This document shows, piece after piece, positions 1 to 8,818 of a stretch of DNA of 32,000 nucleotides. Each line of letters starts with the position of its first letter. The stretch's first letter is position 1. The translations under genes and the position numbers were made by a program. The notes beneath the pieces are model-generated. The model did no database searches. It was not told where the DNA came from and saw only the letters and a program-made list of their open reading frames with translations. The DNA is from Acaryochloris marina MBIC11017 (lineage in GTDB: Bacteria > Cyanobacteriota > Cyanobacteriia > Thermosynechococcales > Thermosynechococcaceae), in assembly GCF_000018105.1 (NCBI RefSeq), contig NC_009925.1:3000001-3032000 (forward strand), read 5' to 3'.

Positions 1-929
1 TTCGTAGTTAACTCTAAATAAATTTCTTCCAAACTCGTTCCTAACCGCCGCATCTCATACATGGCCACTCCGGCATGCACTAGAGTATGGGTCAGTTGTG
101 GTCCCACTTGAGGATCAGGATTACAAGTGACTCGAACTTTACGACGTTCAGAGGGCTGTTCTGACAACCATTGCCAAGTCAGGACACCTTCTAGGGACTG
201 TAAGGATTGTTCAACGCTATCGAGTTCCCCCTGCACATCCAGCTCATAGATCAGCTGCTCTGTTTGCTGGGCTTTTAGATCGGCCAGGGTATTGGTAGCC
301 ACCACTTTGCCGTTGTTGATAATAGCTACTCGCTGGCAGGTCATATTCACTTCTGGCAGAATATGAGTCGATAAAATAACGGTTTTATCAGCGGCCAAGG
401 ATTTAATCAAATTGCGCACATCAATAATTTGGCGAGGATCCAGGCCAATGGTAGGCTCATCCAAAATGATCGCTGGGGGATTATGGACAATCGCTTGGGC
501 AATCCCGACCCGCTGTCGAAAGCCTTTGGAGAGTTTATGAATGAGCGTTTTTTGCACATCCTGCAAATTGCACTGCTCCATGGCCCATTGCACTCGCTGG
601 GGGCGATCGCCTGCGGACAATCCTTTCAAACGTCCCACAAAATGTAGATAGCCCTCTACCGTCATATTGGGATAAAGGGGTGGCACTTCTGGCAAGTAGC
701 CAATCCGCTGGCGGACAGCCATAGGATCCACATGCACTTCAAACCCTGCAACGGCAGCAGTGCCTTTAGTTGCGGGTAAATAACCGGCCAGAATACGCAT
801 GGTGGTGGTTTTACCTGCACCATTAGGTCCCAGCAGCCCTAGAATCTCTCCAGGCTGGGCCGCGAAGCTGACATCTTGCAGGGCTGTGGTTGAGCCGTAC
901 ACTTTACTGAGGTGTTCAACCTCAATCAT
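1..929 (-). CDS. ABC transporter ATP-binding protein (ABC-2/CcmA-like); C-terminal end runs off the window
   Basis: The minus-strand frame is open from ATG at 929-927 to nt 1. It is absent from the ORF track because no stop lies in the window. My translation: MIEVEHLSKVYGSTTALQDV... Walker A is GPNGAGKTT (804-830), the ABC signature is LSKGFRQR, Walker B is IILDEPTIGLD (about 440-535), and the tail reads ...SLEEIYLELTT at nt 3-50. Confidence 0.9.
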   Translation of the reverse strand, partial: MIEVEHLSKVYGSTTALQDVSFAAQPGEILGLLGPNGAGKTTTMRILAGYLPATKGTAAVAGFEVHVDPMAVRQRIGYLPEVPPLYPNMTVEGYLHFVGRLKGLSAGDRPQRVQWAMEQCNLQDVQKTLIHKLSKGFRQRVGIAQAIVHNPPAIILDEPTIGLDPRQIIDVRNLIKSLAADKTVILSTHILPEVNMTCQRVAIINNGKVVATNTLADLKAQQTEQLIYELDVQGELDSVEQSLQSLEGVLTWQWLSEQPSERRKVRVTCNPDPQVGPQLTHTLVHAGVAMYEMRRLGTSLEEIYLELTT

Positions 930-1047
930 GGCGTTTTTGCACTGAGTTACGATAATCGAAATTCCCCCACAAACCTAGCTTATCGCCCGTTTGCATTCCC
1001 TGACACTCCTCAGTGTGACCCAGTCAATATTCTTTCGTTCCCAGATT

Positions 1048-1866
1048 ATGCAAAATATCCATCAGCCCATCTGGCAACTCTCCCAAGGTCATCTCAATCT
1101 GTTGGAATCTTGCCCTCGCAAATTTCAACATCGTTACTTGGACCGTCTTGACACATCCGTGGGGATCGATGCCCATCCCCATCAACAGCTCGGCTCTCAA
1201 TTTCACCAGCTGATGCAGCAGCAGTCTTTGGGCCTCCCCATCACTCCCTTACTAGAAACAGATGATCGATTACAAGCGTGGTTCGAGGCCTTTCTGCAGC
1301 ACCCACCCCAGATGATCGAAGGAGAACAGGAGAGTGAACACCAGCGCTTGTACTGGCAAGATGGATTTGTGCTGGTGGCCATCTACGATCTCTTGATTCA
1401 AAATTCTCACCAGGCCCAGATTGTGGATTGGAAAACCTATCCGCTCCCCAAACAGGCCGATCGCCTACGCACCCATTGGCAAACTCAGCTCTACCTATAC
1501 GTGTTAGCCGAAACCAGTGAGTATCCGCCTGACCAACTTTCTATGACCTACTGGTTTGCTGAAGCCTCGGCCCAATCCGGTGGCAAGGCCAGTTTTCTCA
1601 CCTTCCCCTACTCCAAAGCCCAGCATCAAAAAAACCAGCAATCTTTGGCTGATCTACTCGCTAAATTACGGCAGGAATTGACGGATTACGAAACGGGGGA
1701 AGCAATGCCACAAGTAGCCTTAAACGATGGCAAATGCGTTTCTCCTAACCATCAATGTGAATTTGCAGAGCGATGCCAAAGACGCCTGGAAGAAGAGGCT
1801 GCGATCGCATTGCAGGATGCATTAACCGATCTTGAAGCGATGCCAGAGATTCCGTTATCAGACTAA
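1048..1866 (+). CDS. PD-(D/E)XK nuclease superfamily protein, Cas4/RecB-like with a putative 4-Cys cluster
   Basis: The track ORF 991-1866 begins with TTG; the ATG at 1048 (MQNIHQPIWQLSQGHLNLLESCPRKF) is the more plausible start. Motifs: N-terminal CPRKF cysteine, D-x(n)-(D/E)xK core (AIYDLL...QIVDWKTY), QLYLYVLA (QxxxY), and C-terminal CVSPNHQCEFAERC. Confidence 0.7.
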   Translation: MQNIHQPIWQLSQGHLNLLESCPRKFQHRYLDRLDTSVGIDAHPHQQLGSQFHQLMQQQSLGLPITPLLETDDRLQAWFEAFLQHPPQMIEGEQESEHQRLYWQDGFVLVAIYDLLIQNSHQAQIVDWKTYPLPKQADRLRTHWQTQLYLYVLAETSEYPPDQLSMTYWFAEASAQSGGKASFLTFPYSKAQHQKNQQSLADLLAKLRQELTDYETGEAMPQVALNDGKCVSPNHQCEFAERCQRRLEEEAAIALQDALTDLEAMPEIPLSD

Positions 1867-1899
1867 AGTTCTAACGTTTTTGAATGAGATGCCATTGGG

Positions 1900-2499
1900 T
1901 TAAACCAGCGTCGTTTGCAGCAATTCCTGGATTTGGGGCAGATAGTAAGCACAGAGCCCGCCCGTGAGTACACCAAATAAATGGCCTTGCCAAGAGACTC
2001 CCCGTTGTAACGGCAGAATGCTCCAGAGGGTGCTGCCATAGAGGAGACCGACTAGAGTTGCCGTTGCGATCGCAACCCCGCTTTGCTCTACATAGCCATT
2101 CATCAGTAGAAATCCCAGATAGCCAAACACCAAGCCACTCGCTCCAATATGGTTGGATTTAGACCCCGCAAACAGCCAAACCCCTAGCCCGCCAATCAGC
2201 CAAACGGCAGCAGTAACCACCACAAATACTTGGGTCGAGCGCACCAAAATCAGCCAGCCCAAAACCACCAGGGGCACTGTATTCATGGACAGATGCCGAA
2301 GATTGCCGTGGAGTAGCGGAGCCAACACAATGCCTCGCAAGCCAATCCATCGCCGTGGCAAAATGCCAAATCGATTCAGCCAGCCTTTCAATATCAACGT
2401 ATCTGCAATCTCTAGAACCCAGAGCACACTGATAAAACCACCCAAAATCCGAACATGCAGTGCCCAGTCTGGATACGTCACAAAGGCATCGAAGTGCAT
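1900..2499 (-). CDS. rhomboid family intramembrane serine protease
   Basis: 199 aa polytopic membrane ORF with the catalytic GxSG motif (HIGASGLVFGYLG) and a downstream His in a TM helix (QGHLFGVLTGG). Confidence 0.8.
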   Translation of the reverse strand: MHFDAFVTYPDWALHVRILGGFISVLWVLEIADTLILKGWLNRFGILPRRWIGLRGIVLAPLLHGNLRHLSMNTVPLVVLGWLILVRSTQVFVVVTAAVWLIGGLGVWLFAGSKSNHIGASGLVFGYLGFLLMNGYVEQSGVAIATATLVGLLYGSTLWSILPLQRGVSWQGHLFGVLTGGLCAYYLPQIQELLQTTLV

Positions 2500-2581
2500 A
2501 AACGTTTCAACCCAACCCTATTGATTCCGTGAGGGGTTCAACAGCCCCTTCAACAACCTAGCAATCCTTAGGAGAAACATC

Positions 2582-3064
2582 ATGAAAAAGCAACTTCTAC
2601 TCGCCTTAGCCCTGAGCGGTGCCGTCACCGGAGCCATTACCACCCTGCAAACGCCCGCTCAAGCCCGGTCTCTCAATTGTGCACAAGTCCAGAACCTGGG
2701 TACTCGTTACAACGATCAGTTACTGAATGCCGTCAATCGCAAAGTGGCCGACAAAACCCACCACATTAATAAACGCAAAAAGCTACGGATTAATCGGGTA
2801 GACGCAGTGCAATTTAATGGCTGTCGAATGAAAGTCAGAGCCAATGTTACCCTCAAACGCAAAGTACGCCGGGATGCCCATGGCACCGTCAAAATGCAGG
2901 CTAGAGTGTCTTCTTTAGATTTAGCCCAACGGAAAATCTGCTATGACAGCGCCCGCGTCACCGATGTCAACCTCAGTCGCACCCTAGGAATTGGCGAGCG
3001 CGTTTACAAGTGGGTCGCTAATATCGTTCTTCCCAACCGTGGCTGTTACACCCTCCGTTCATAA
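2582..3064 (+). CDS. secreted hypothetical protein (Sec signal peptide)
   Basis: MKKQLLLALALSGAVTGAITTLQTPAQA-RS is a classical signal peptide with an AxA cleavage site. GGAG lies about 10 nt upstream. The mature part is basic and I recognise no domain. Confidence 0.55.
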   Translation: MKKQLLLALALSGAVTGAITTLQTPAQARSLNCAQVQNLGTRYNDQLLNAVNRKVADKTHHINKRKKLRINRVDAVQFNGCRMKVRANVTLKRKVRRDAHGTVKMQARVSSLDLAQRKICYDSARVTDVNLSRTLGIGERVYKWVANIVLPNRGCYTLRS

Positions 3065-3171
3065 GAAAACCATGCTGCATCGAGACTCTCAAGAGTGGAC
3101 TCGTTACCACACAGAGCCCACTCTTGAGAGAATAAAGATCCTGCGACTTCACAACCCACATCAGACCATCC

Positions 3172-3822
3172 TTGAAGATAACAAACCCGTCTTCACCGAT
3201 ACAAACATTCTTTGGATTACTCCTGGCGCTGGGTAGCTTGCCCTGTTTGGCTCTTCTACAAAGATCACCGCCAGACACTTGGATCGCTTATATTGTCGGA
3301 CCTTTATGTCTGATACTCGCAGGCAGTTCCCTCCTGGCGCTGGTCTTCTGGTGGGAACGTCTACCTTTAACCAGTATTGGTTTGAAATCGCCTAAGCTTG
3401 AAACCCTCGTTTGGGGTTTAGTCATGGTAGGTCTTCAACTGTATATCGTTACGCCTATCGGGACTGATCTCATCACTCTCCTCAATTTACCCAGTTTGAA
3501 TATAGGCGTTGATAAACTTCAAGCTCTTCCAAAGGTGTACTTATTACTCTTGGGCATCGTCTCTGGCTGTGTAGAAGAGTTATTTTACCGAGGATATGCC
3601 ACCGAACGCCTCGGAGCATTAACTGGAAAGATAGAACTAGGTGGATGCTTGACCTTAATCGCTTTTGCCTTATCTCACCTACCGTTTTGGGGTTTGGGTG
3701 GCGTCTTTTTTACGCTATTTGGGGGAAGCATTTTCACGGTTTTTTATCTTTGGCGACGTGATTTGTTAGCCAATATGATGGCCCATGCAGCCGTTGCCAG
3801 TATTCAGCTCCTATCTATATAG
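3172..3822 (+). CDS. CPBP family (CAAX-type) intramembrane metalloprotease
   Basis: Multi-TM ORF with the CPBP motifs EELFYRGY (EExxxR), FALSHLP (FxxxH) and MMAHAAVA (HxxxN/D-like). The start codon is uncertain because the track start is TTG. Confidence 0.72.
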   Translation: MKITNPSSPIQTFFGLLLALGSLPCLALLQRSPPDTWIAYIVGPLCLILAGSSLLALVFWWERLPLTSIGLKSPKLETLVWGLVMVGLQLYIVTPIGTDLITLLNLPSLNIGVDKLQALPKVYLLLLGIVSGCVEELFYRGYATERLGALTGKIELGGCLTLIAFALSHLPFWGLGGVFFTLFGGSIFTVFYLWRRDLLANMMAHAAVASIQLLSI

Positions 3823-3900
3823 TGGTTAGGATGCGACCGCTTAATCGAACCTTCCATTGAACCATTCTGGGCACAAGGCCACCGTTCACCCTCTGGTCAT

Positions 3901-4308
3901 CTACGGCAACAGAAACTCAGGAATGTCCAGAATATGCCAATGGACAAGGCCAACAATAACGATGGTATAGAGGGTTGAACTGCCCAGTCCTATCCAGAGT
4001 TCTCGCTGCCAGGATCGAGGTTGATCGGCCATCACCATATCCAACGCGCCGGACTGCATCATCAAGATGCCTAAAACATTAGAGAGCCAATATCCGGCAA
4101 CGGTTGCTGGCAAAAAGGCATCAGGATAAGCCCAACTCACGGCATAACCAAAGACATAGGCAATGGGCAAATTGAAAAATAGATCGTTCCACCAAGATAG
4201 GGGCGAAAGCATATAGCCCACCCCAATCAACAGAGTATTTTTGACCGTCTTGCCACTAAACAGTTGAGTTAGAAAAAGCATGAAACAGATAAAACACTGC
4301 TCACACAC
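3901..4308 (-). CDS. small integral membrane protein, unknown function
   Basis: 135 aa hydrophobic ORF (LSPLSWWNDLFFNLPIAYVFGY...). An internal ATG at 4281 (MLFLTQLF) is an alternative start. No catalytic motif recognised. Confidence 0.5.
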   Translation of the reverse strand: MCEQCFICFMLFLTQLFSGKTVKNTLLIGVGYMLSPLSWWNDLFFNLPIAYVFGYAVSWAYPDAFLPATVAGYWLSNVLGILMMQSGALDMVMADQPRSWQRELWIGLGSSTLYTIVIVGLVHWHILDIPEFLLP

Positions 4309-4691
4309 GATATCAAATCAGCTCAGATTGAACGCAAATGTCACAGCAGCCTCTCTCATGGGCTCGCCCGAGATCCTATGACAAGGTTGCTTGGGTGATA
4401 GTCGAGATCTATGTCAGCCGATGCTTGAACGATGACATCTTCTTCTAGCAAAGGACGTTAGATAATATGCAAAACCTGCACCATATCGATGGTTAAAGCG
4501 GATATTAATGAGCGAAATGTTTATATAGAACAACTACCGTAAGGCTTGGCATGAGACTTTAGCCCTTGCACACCGCCATTTTGGTTTAGCATTCCGCCCA
4601 CTATCCTATCTAGTGCTGATGACTCCGACGCGATTTTCATACTGCACTAGGGCGTTGAGTTCAATTCATCTAGCGGGTCTCAGAACGACTT

Positions 4692-4919
4692 ATGAGCTAT
4701 ATCCAGGTTCTACGAGAGTATTTAATTAGCCAGTTCCCCTGCTTGCAAGGGTGCCAATTACAATACGACCCTGGCCCCAAAACCCTCTATGTAGACTGCC
4801 AACATCTAACCATTCAAGAATTTATCGTCAAGGAAATAGAAACCATTTCTCTCCTCGATATTGGGGTAGCCCATTTCATCATCACAGTCCCTAATGCCAC
4901 CGATATTGTCCGAGACTAA
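4692..4919 (+). CDS. hypothetical protein (75 aa)
   Basis: ATG-initiated ORF isolated in a long intergenic region. No recognisable motif and no clear Shine-Dalgarno sequence, so coding status is uncertain. Confidence 0.3.
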   Translation: MSYIQVLREYLISQFPCLQGCQLQYDPGPKTLYVDCQHLTIQEFIVKEIETISLLDIGVAHFIITVPNATDIVRD

Positions 4920-5028
4920 CATTTCAGCATCTTTACAAAGACGCTTGAATCTAGCTAGCGCAAATTTTTAGGAGACAAGCTTAGGTGCTGCAAAAGATAT
5001 CCCTGGCAGGCTCGTTTAGATTGAAGCA

Positions 5029-5292
5029 TTATGCGAGGGATTCTGTGTTGTGCTCTGCCAGAAAGCATAAGGCTTGAAATCTTAAGCATATAAGCTGCTC
5101 ATAGAACGGATTCAGCTTACATAACGGCGGAATTCGCATCACTGGATGTCCAAATACGGCAATGGTCCGCGCAAATGGGCACTGGGCAGGTATGAATCGA
5201 CACAACAGATTGGCTTGGCGGCGATCATTAACATGAATGGCTTCCAGCCAGTGGCGTATGCCATCTAGGGGATTGATATTGAGTTTTATCAC
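5029..5292 (-). CDS. Mo-dependent nitrogenase C-terminal domain family protein (small, function unknown)
   Basis: 87 aa. The pattern LDGIRHWLE...NLLCRFIPAQCPFARTI...FGHPVMRIPPLCKLNPFYEQL matches my memory of the cyanobacterial Mo-nitro_C small-protein family. This was not verified by search. Confidence 0.6.
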   Translation of the reverse strand: MIKLNINPLDGIRHWLEAIHVNDRRQANLLCRFIPAQCPFARTIAVFGHPVMRIPPLCKLNPFYEQLICLRFQALCFLAEHNTESLA

Positions 5293-5694
5293 GTCTGTAG
5301 GCTCCTAATCACAGAACACAATGGTTACGTCTGTGAAAATTGAGAATAAATGATGAGGCTTAGTCTAAACCTGTAGCATTTAGCTTGGAGAGTAGCGTGA
5401 CTGACTAATCGCTATCGTCACGTTCGTGGGTTGCCACAGGCAAAATAGCCACCCCTCATCCTATAATTAAGCCCAAAAAATTCAGTAGTTGTTACTACAG
5501 AGTGCAAAAGAATTTCTTGACATGTAGATCTCGCATTCAGTGCATGTAGCTCTTGCTTCCAGGCCGCCGTCTCGGTGTTTATGGATACGAAAGTCAAGGA
5601 AAATTCTCCGTAATCTGCCTAAATACGCTTTCAAAGCAAAGCACTTGGATTGGCAGCTATCCACTGCCAATCGGTAGATGGAGATTCAGCATTA

Positions 5695-7092
5695 ATGACA
5701 CAGACGCTAGCCAGTGGTCCAGAAGAACAGCATGCGCTGTCGGCACCATTCGAGATAGGAAAACGTGAGCTGACCTACTCACAATTAGTTATATGTGCCG
5801 CACTGATTGGCGTATTTGGGGGATTAGTGGCCACTGCATACTACTTTGTTCTCGAAACCTTGATGCATGGTGTCTGGCACACCGTGCCCGATCGGGTTGT
5901 GCCCTATTTTCCCAGTTGGCTCCCTCAACAACATTACGTCTGGATCGCCTCGACCATTGGTGGTTTCTGTGTCGGGCTGGTCCTATTCTTTATGGGCCTA
6001 CCAGGAGAGATGGCCCAAGTCGTCGACAAAATCCACAGCCCCGGCAAAATTGATATTCGCAAAACCCCAGCCATGATTATTGCGTCCTTAGTAGCGATTA
6101 CCTCCGGGGGGAGTGCTGGCCCCGAAGCGCCTTTGGTGCAGGTCAATGGTAGCTTCGGCAGTTGGCTAGGAGAAAAATTGCAGCTCACTACCACTTCGGT
6201 GCGGGTGCTGACCTTTTGTGGCATGAGTGCCGCCTTGGGTGCATTTTTTGGTGCACCGATTGGTGCTGCTCTATTCGCTTTAGAGATTCCCCATCGCAAA
6301 GGTTTGGAATATTACGAAGCCATTGCCCCCGCCGTCGTTTCCGCAATTTTTTCCTTTGCAGTGTTTCGCATCAATACTGGCATGACCATTGGTGGTTTCT
6401 ATCATTTCGAAACCGTGCCACCTTTAACCCCAACTAACTTACTGGAAGGATTAGTACTGGGTGGGATTGGGGCAGGCGTTGCAGTGATGTTCATTGGCGT
6501 ATTTCGATTGGTGGGCCATTTACTCGCTCCCCTAGAGCATCATCGAATTCTTTTAGCCACCCTAGGGGGACTCACCATTGGCTTGATCGCCTTAGCCTTT
6601 CCCCAAACGCTATTTTTTAGCGAAGAGCAAATTCATACGGTGATTGAAACGGGGGCAACCCTGGGCATTACCTTTTTGCTGATGATTGCAGTGGCTAAAA
6701 TGTTTGCCATTAGCGTGACGCTTCACTCTGGCTTTTTAGGTGGCTTTATTTTTCCCCTCTTTTTTATTGGTGCGAATGTGGGTCTCGCCATTTCCTTGAT
6801 GGTGCCGCAGGTGCATCCCACGTTAGGCATGGTCTGCTTAATGGCTGCCGTTAATGTGGCAGTGACTAAGACCCCTGTGAGCACCAGCATTATTCTCAGC
6901 GTGTTGTCTGGGATGGCGATGCTGCCAGTGATTGTGATTTCAAGCTTTGTCAGCTTTCTACTCACCAGTCAAATTGCCATGATCAAAACTCAACGGTCCC
7001 GAGAGTTAGAAGGCTTTCCCACGTCTGCTCCTCAAACTTCTGAGGCTTCTCCTAGATTGGTATCGAGCCCTGCCTCGTTGGCCATTGAATAA
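5695..7092 (+). CDS. ClC family voltage-gated chloride channel/antiporter
   Basis: About 10-12 TM helices. ClC selectivity-filter-type motifs are present: GGSAGPEAPLVQ, GAPIGAALFALE and GFLGGFIFPLFFIG (GxFxP). The track start at 5650 is TTG; ATG 5695, preceded by GGAG at 5680-5683, is preferred. Confidence 0.85.
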   Translation: MTQTLASGPEEQHALSAPFEIGKRELTYSQLVICAALIGVFGGLVATAYYFVLETLMHGVWHTVPDRVVPYFPSWLPQQHYVWIASTIGGFCVGLVLFFMGLPGEMAQVVDKIHSPGKIDIRKTPAMIIASLVAITSGGSAGPEAPLVQVNGSFGSWLGEKLQLTTTSVRVLTFCGMSAALGAFFGAPIGAALFALEIPHRKGLEYYEAIAPAVVSAIFSFAVFRINTGMTIGGFYHFETVPPLTPTNLLEGLVLGGIGAGVAVMFIGVFRLVGHLLAPLEHHRILLATLGGLTIGLIALAFPQTLFFSEEQIHTVIETGATLGITFLLMIAVAKMFAISVTLHSGFLGGFIFPLFFIGANVGLAISLMVPQVHPTLGMVCLMAAVNVAVTKTPVSTSIILSVLSGMAMLPVIVISSFVSFLLTSQIAMIKTQRSRELEGFPTSAPQTSEASPRLVSSPASLAIE

Positions 7093-7239
7093 GATCGCTG
7101 ACCTCTCATATCCACCATGCTGGAATGCGACATTGCAAACTTTCTTGTTGATGAGCTGTCATTGCTGAACGACTCGATCTAGCTTGACGATAATAGCTTT
7201 ATCATTTCAAGTGGTTGGCAGCTCATCATTCAATGCGTC

Positions 7240-7443
7240 ATGTCGGATTCCATTTTTGCGCTATTTCTAGGATTTGGATTCATCTGGATCCTGATGGGTG
7301 TAGGGGGGATGTTTTTGCTGATGAAGTCTCAAAACCAACCCCTCCGCTTTAATCGGGATGGTATTCTCGTCTTCCTACCCATAGTTTTAGTATTTTTGAT
7401 TGCCCTCAGCTTTGGAGCAGTGGTGTTAGCTAAAAGCGGTTAA
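7240..7443 (+). CDS. small two-TM membrane protein, hypothetical
   Basis: 67 aa with two hydrophobic helices (IFALFLGFGFIWILMGVGGMFLL and ILVFLPIVLVFLIALSFGAVVL). It lies 46 nt upstream of the HAD gene on the same strand. Confidence 0.35.
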   Translation: MSDSIFALFLGFGFIWILMGVGGMFLLMKSQNQPLRFNRDGILVFLPIVLVFLIALSFGAVVLAKSG

Positions 7444-7489
7444 CCTCCATAAAAGCCGCTGACACTGTAGGTTGCTCAGGACGAATCAT

Positions 7490-8149
7490 ATGGATGCTGT
7501 AATCTTTGATCTCGATCAAACGCTGCTAGATCGTGACCGGTCTTTACGAGACTTTATCCATTGGCAATGTCACGGCATGCTCAGGCCGTATCTATCGAAT
7601 CAAGCGGATTTTATCGGTCGCTTTATGGAGCTGGATGCGAATGGCACACTTTGGAAAGATAAGGTCTATACAGCACTAATCGAGGAATTCTCTTTGACAG
7701 AGTGGTCTGTTCAAGAGTTACTGAGGGTCTATGAAAGCTGTTTTTGTGCGTTTGCTGTACCTAGAACGGGGGTTATTGAGGCGATCACCCACCTCTCTCC
7801 ACAATACAAACTGGGCTTAATCTCTAATGGCAAGTCCCCTTTTCAAGAACGCAATTTCACCGCGTTGGGAATCGCTCCATTATTTAAGAGTGTTATCGTG
7901 TCCCAGGCTGTTGGCCTTCGTAAACCAGACCCTAAAATTTTTCTACTTGGGTGCCAAGAACTTGGAGTATCACCGCAAAAAACGATTTACGTTGGTGACA
8001 ATCCGATTGCAGATATCAATGGGGCAATCAATGCGGGATTGCATACCATTTTTGTGACAACCTCCTTATACGCTGAGTGTAAAAATGCTCATGCAGCTTG
8101 TGCAGATCTAAAGAGCTTGCCAGCGATTGTGGAATCACTTGCCGGCTGA
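7490..8149 (+). CDS. HAD superfamily hydrolase (subfamily IA-like phosphatase)
   Basis: Motif I is DAVIFDLDQTLLD (DxDxT), motif II is LISNG, and motif III is K...YVGDNPIADINGA. The track ORF starts at TTG 7472; ATG 7490 sits directly before motif I. Confidence 0.85.
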   Translation: MDAVIFDLDQTLLDRDRSLRDFIHWQCHGMLRPYLSNQADFIGRFMELDANGTLWKDKVYTALIEEFSLTEWSVQELLRVYESCFCAFAVPRTGVIEAITHLSPQYKLGLISNGKSPFQERNFTALGIAPLFKSVIVSQAVGLRKPDPKIFLLGCQELGVSPQKTIYVGDNPIADINGAINAGLHTIFVTTSLYAECKNAHAACADLKSLPAIVESLAG

Positions 8150-8203
8150 AGTACTGGGTAGAACTGGTATCCATATATGAATACATATGGGTTCTGTGCT
8201 GAC

Positions 8204-8704
8204 TTAGCAGGTAGATGTCAACGTAAAGTCAGCAGTGATCTCAATTTTGGCATCCGGTTTACTGCCGTCATAGAAATTGACGTCTTGCGTACGGGCTATC
8301 CAACAAATTTTGAATATATTGCGGGATTGCGACAAGATCGACACTTGGTTATCCCGTAAAGGCTGATGTTCGTAATAGTAGAACAACGCACAGCATGAAT
8401 CTCCGTCATCGCTAGATATTCCAGGATGAGTGAACTGTTGTCCTACAAGCTTTGAAGAATCAAATTGGGCCATTCGTATCCCAAGCTCAGCACTGGGAGT
8501 AGCGGGGTATACCAATGTATCTGCATTGAAGTGAGCCCCTTCTTTTGTAGCTTCAATTTCAAACCAAAGCGTGAGATCCTCATTGTCTCTCAAAGTGAAT
8601 AAATGGGCAGATGCAATCGGGAACACTTCAGTACCGTTAAAACGAGTGATGGTTAACTGATTCATGTTCTTTCTGTCATATTGAATGCCGACGGACATAT
8701 ACAC
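8204..8704 (-). CDS. hypothetical protein (orphan, in a visibly AT-rich segment)
   Basis: 166 aa ORF with an alternative ATG at 8665 (MNQLTITRF...). No recognisable motif, signal peptide or TM segment. Confidence 0.4.
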   Translation of the reverse strand: MYMSVGIQYDRKNMNQLTITRFNGTEVFPIASAHLFTLRDNEDLTLWFEIEATKEGAHFNADTLVYPATPSAELGIRMAQFDSSKLVGQQFTHPGISSDDGDSCCALFYYYEHQPLRDNQVSILSQSRNIFKICWIARTQDVNFYDGSKPDAKIEITADFTLTSTC

Positions 8705-8818
8705 CGGACCCAGGGAAAAAAGAACACGCTAATCCAAGAGATGCTTTGGAAAGTCACTAGGGTTCGATATTTCAATAGTGCCCCTGGGATTCAGTTCAGT
8801 ACGGTCAGCTAGATTAAC

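Noticed and set aside
991-1866. cas4 as part of a CRISPR-Cas locus.
   Set aside because: No direct-repeat/spacer array and no other cas genes occur anywhere in the window.
5029-5292. The Mo-nitrogenase C-terminal-domain protein as evidence for a nif cluster or diazotrophy.
   Set aside because: No nif genes are nearby. This small protein family occurs widely in cyanobacteria outside nif clusters, so the name is historical.
5485-5498. Small hairpin GTAGT-TGTT-ACTAC with an adjacent A/T run, considered as a possible minus-strand terminator.
   Set aside because: No minus-strand gene ends upstream of it, and the 5-bp AT-rich stem is too weak to call.
5600-5700. Fluoride (crcB-motif) riboswitch upstream of the ClC gene; GGUAGAUGGAGAUUC at 5673-5687 superficially resembles the GGCGAUGGnGUUC start of the motif.
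   Set aside because: The rest of the motif is absent: I find no second helix, no AAACGC-like segment and no CUAAUGAnnCCUAC-type 3' strand with proper pairing. The protein's filter motifs look like an ordinary ClC rather than a clearly CLC-F type. A covariance-model scan would settle it.
8177-8359. Plus-strand 60-aa ORF downstream of the HAD gene.
   Set aside because: It overlaps the longer minus-strand ORF 8204-8704, has no motif or RBS, and has an unlikely composition.
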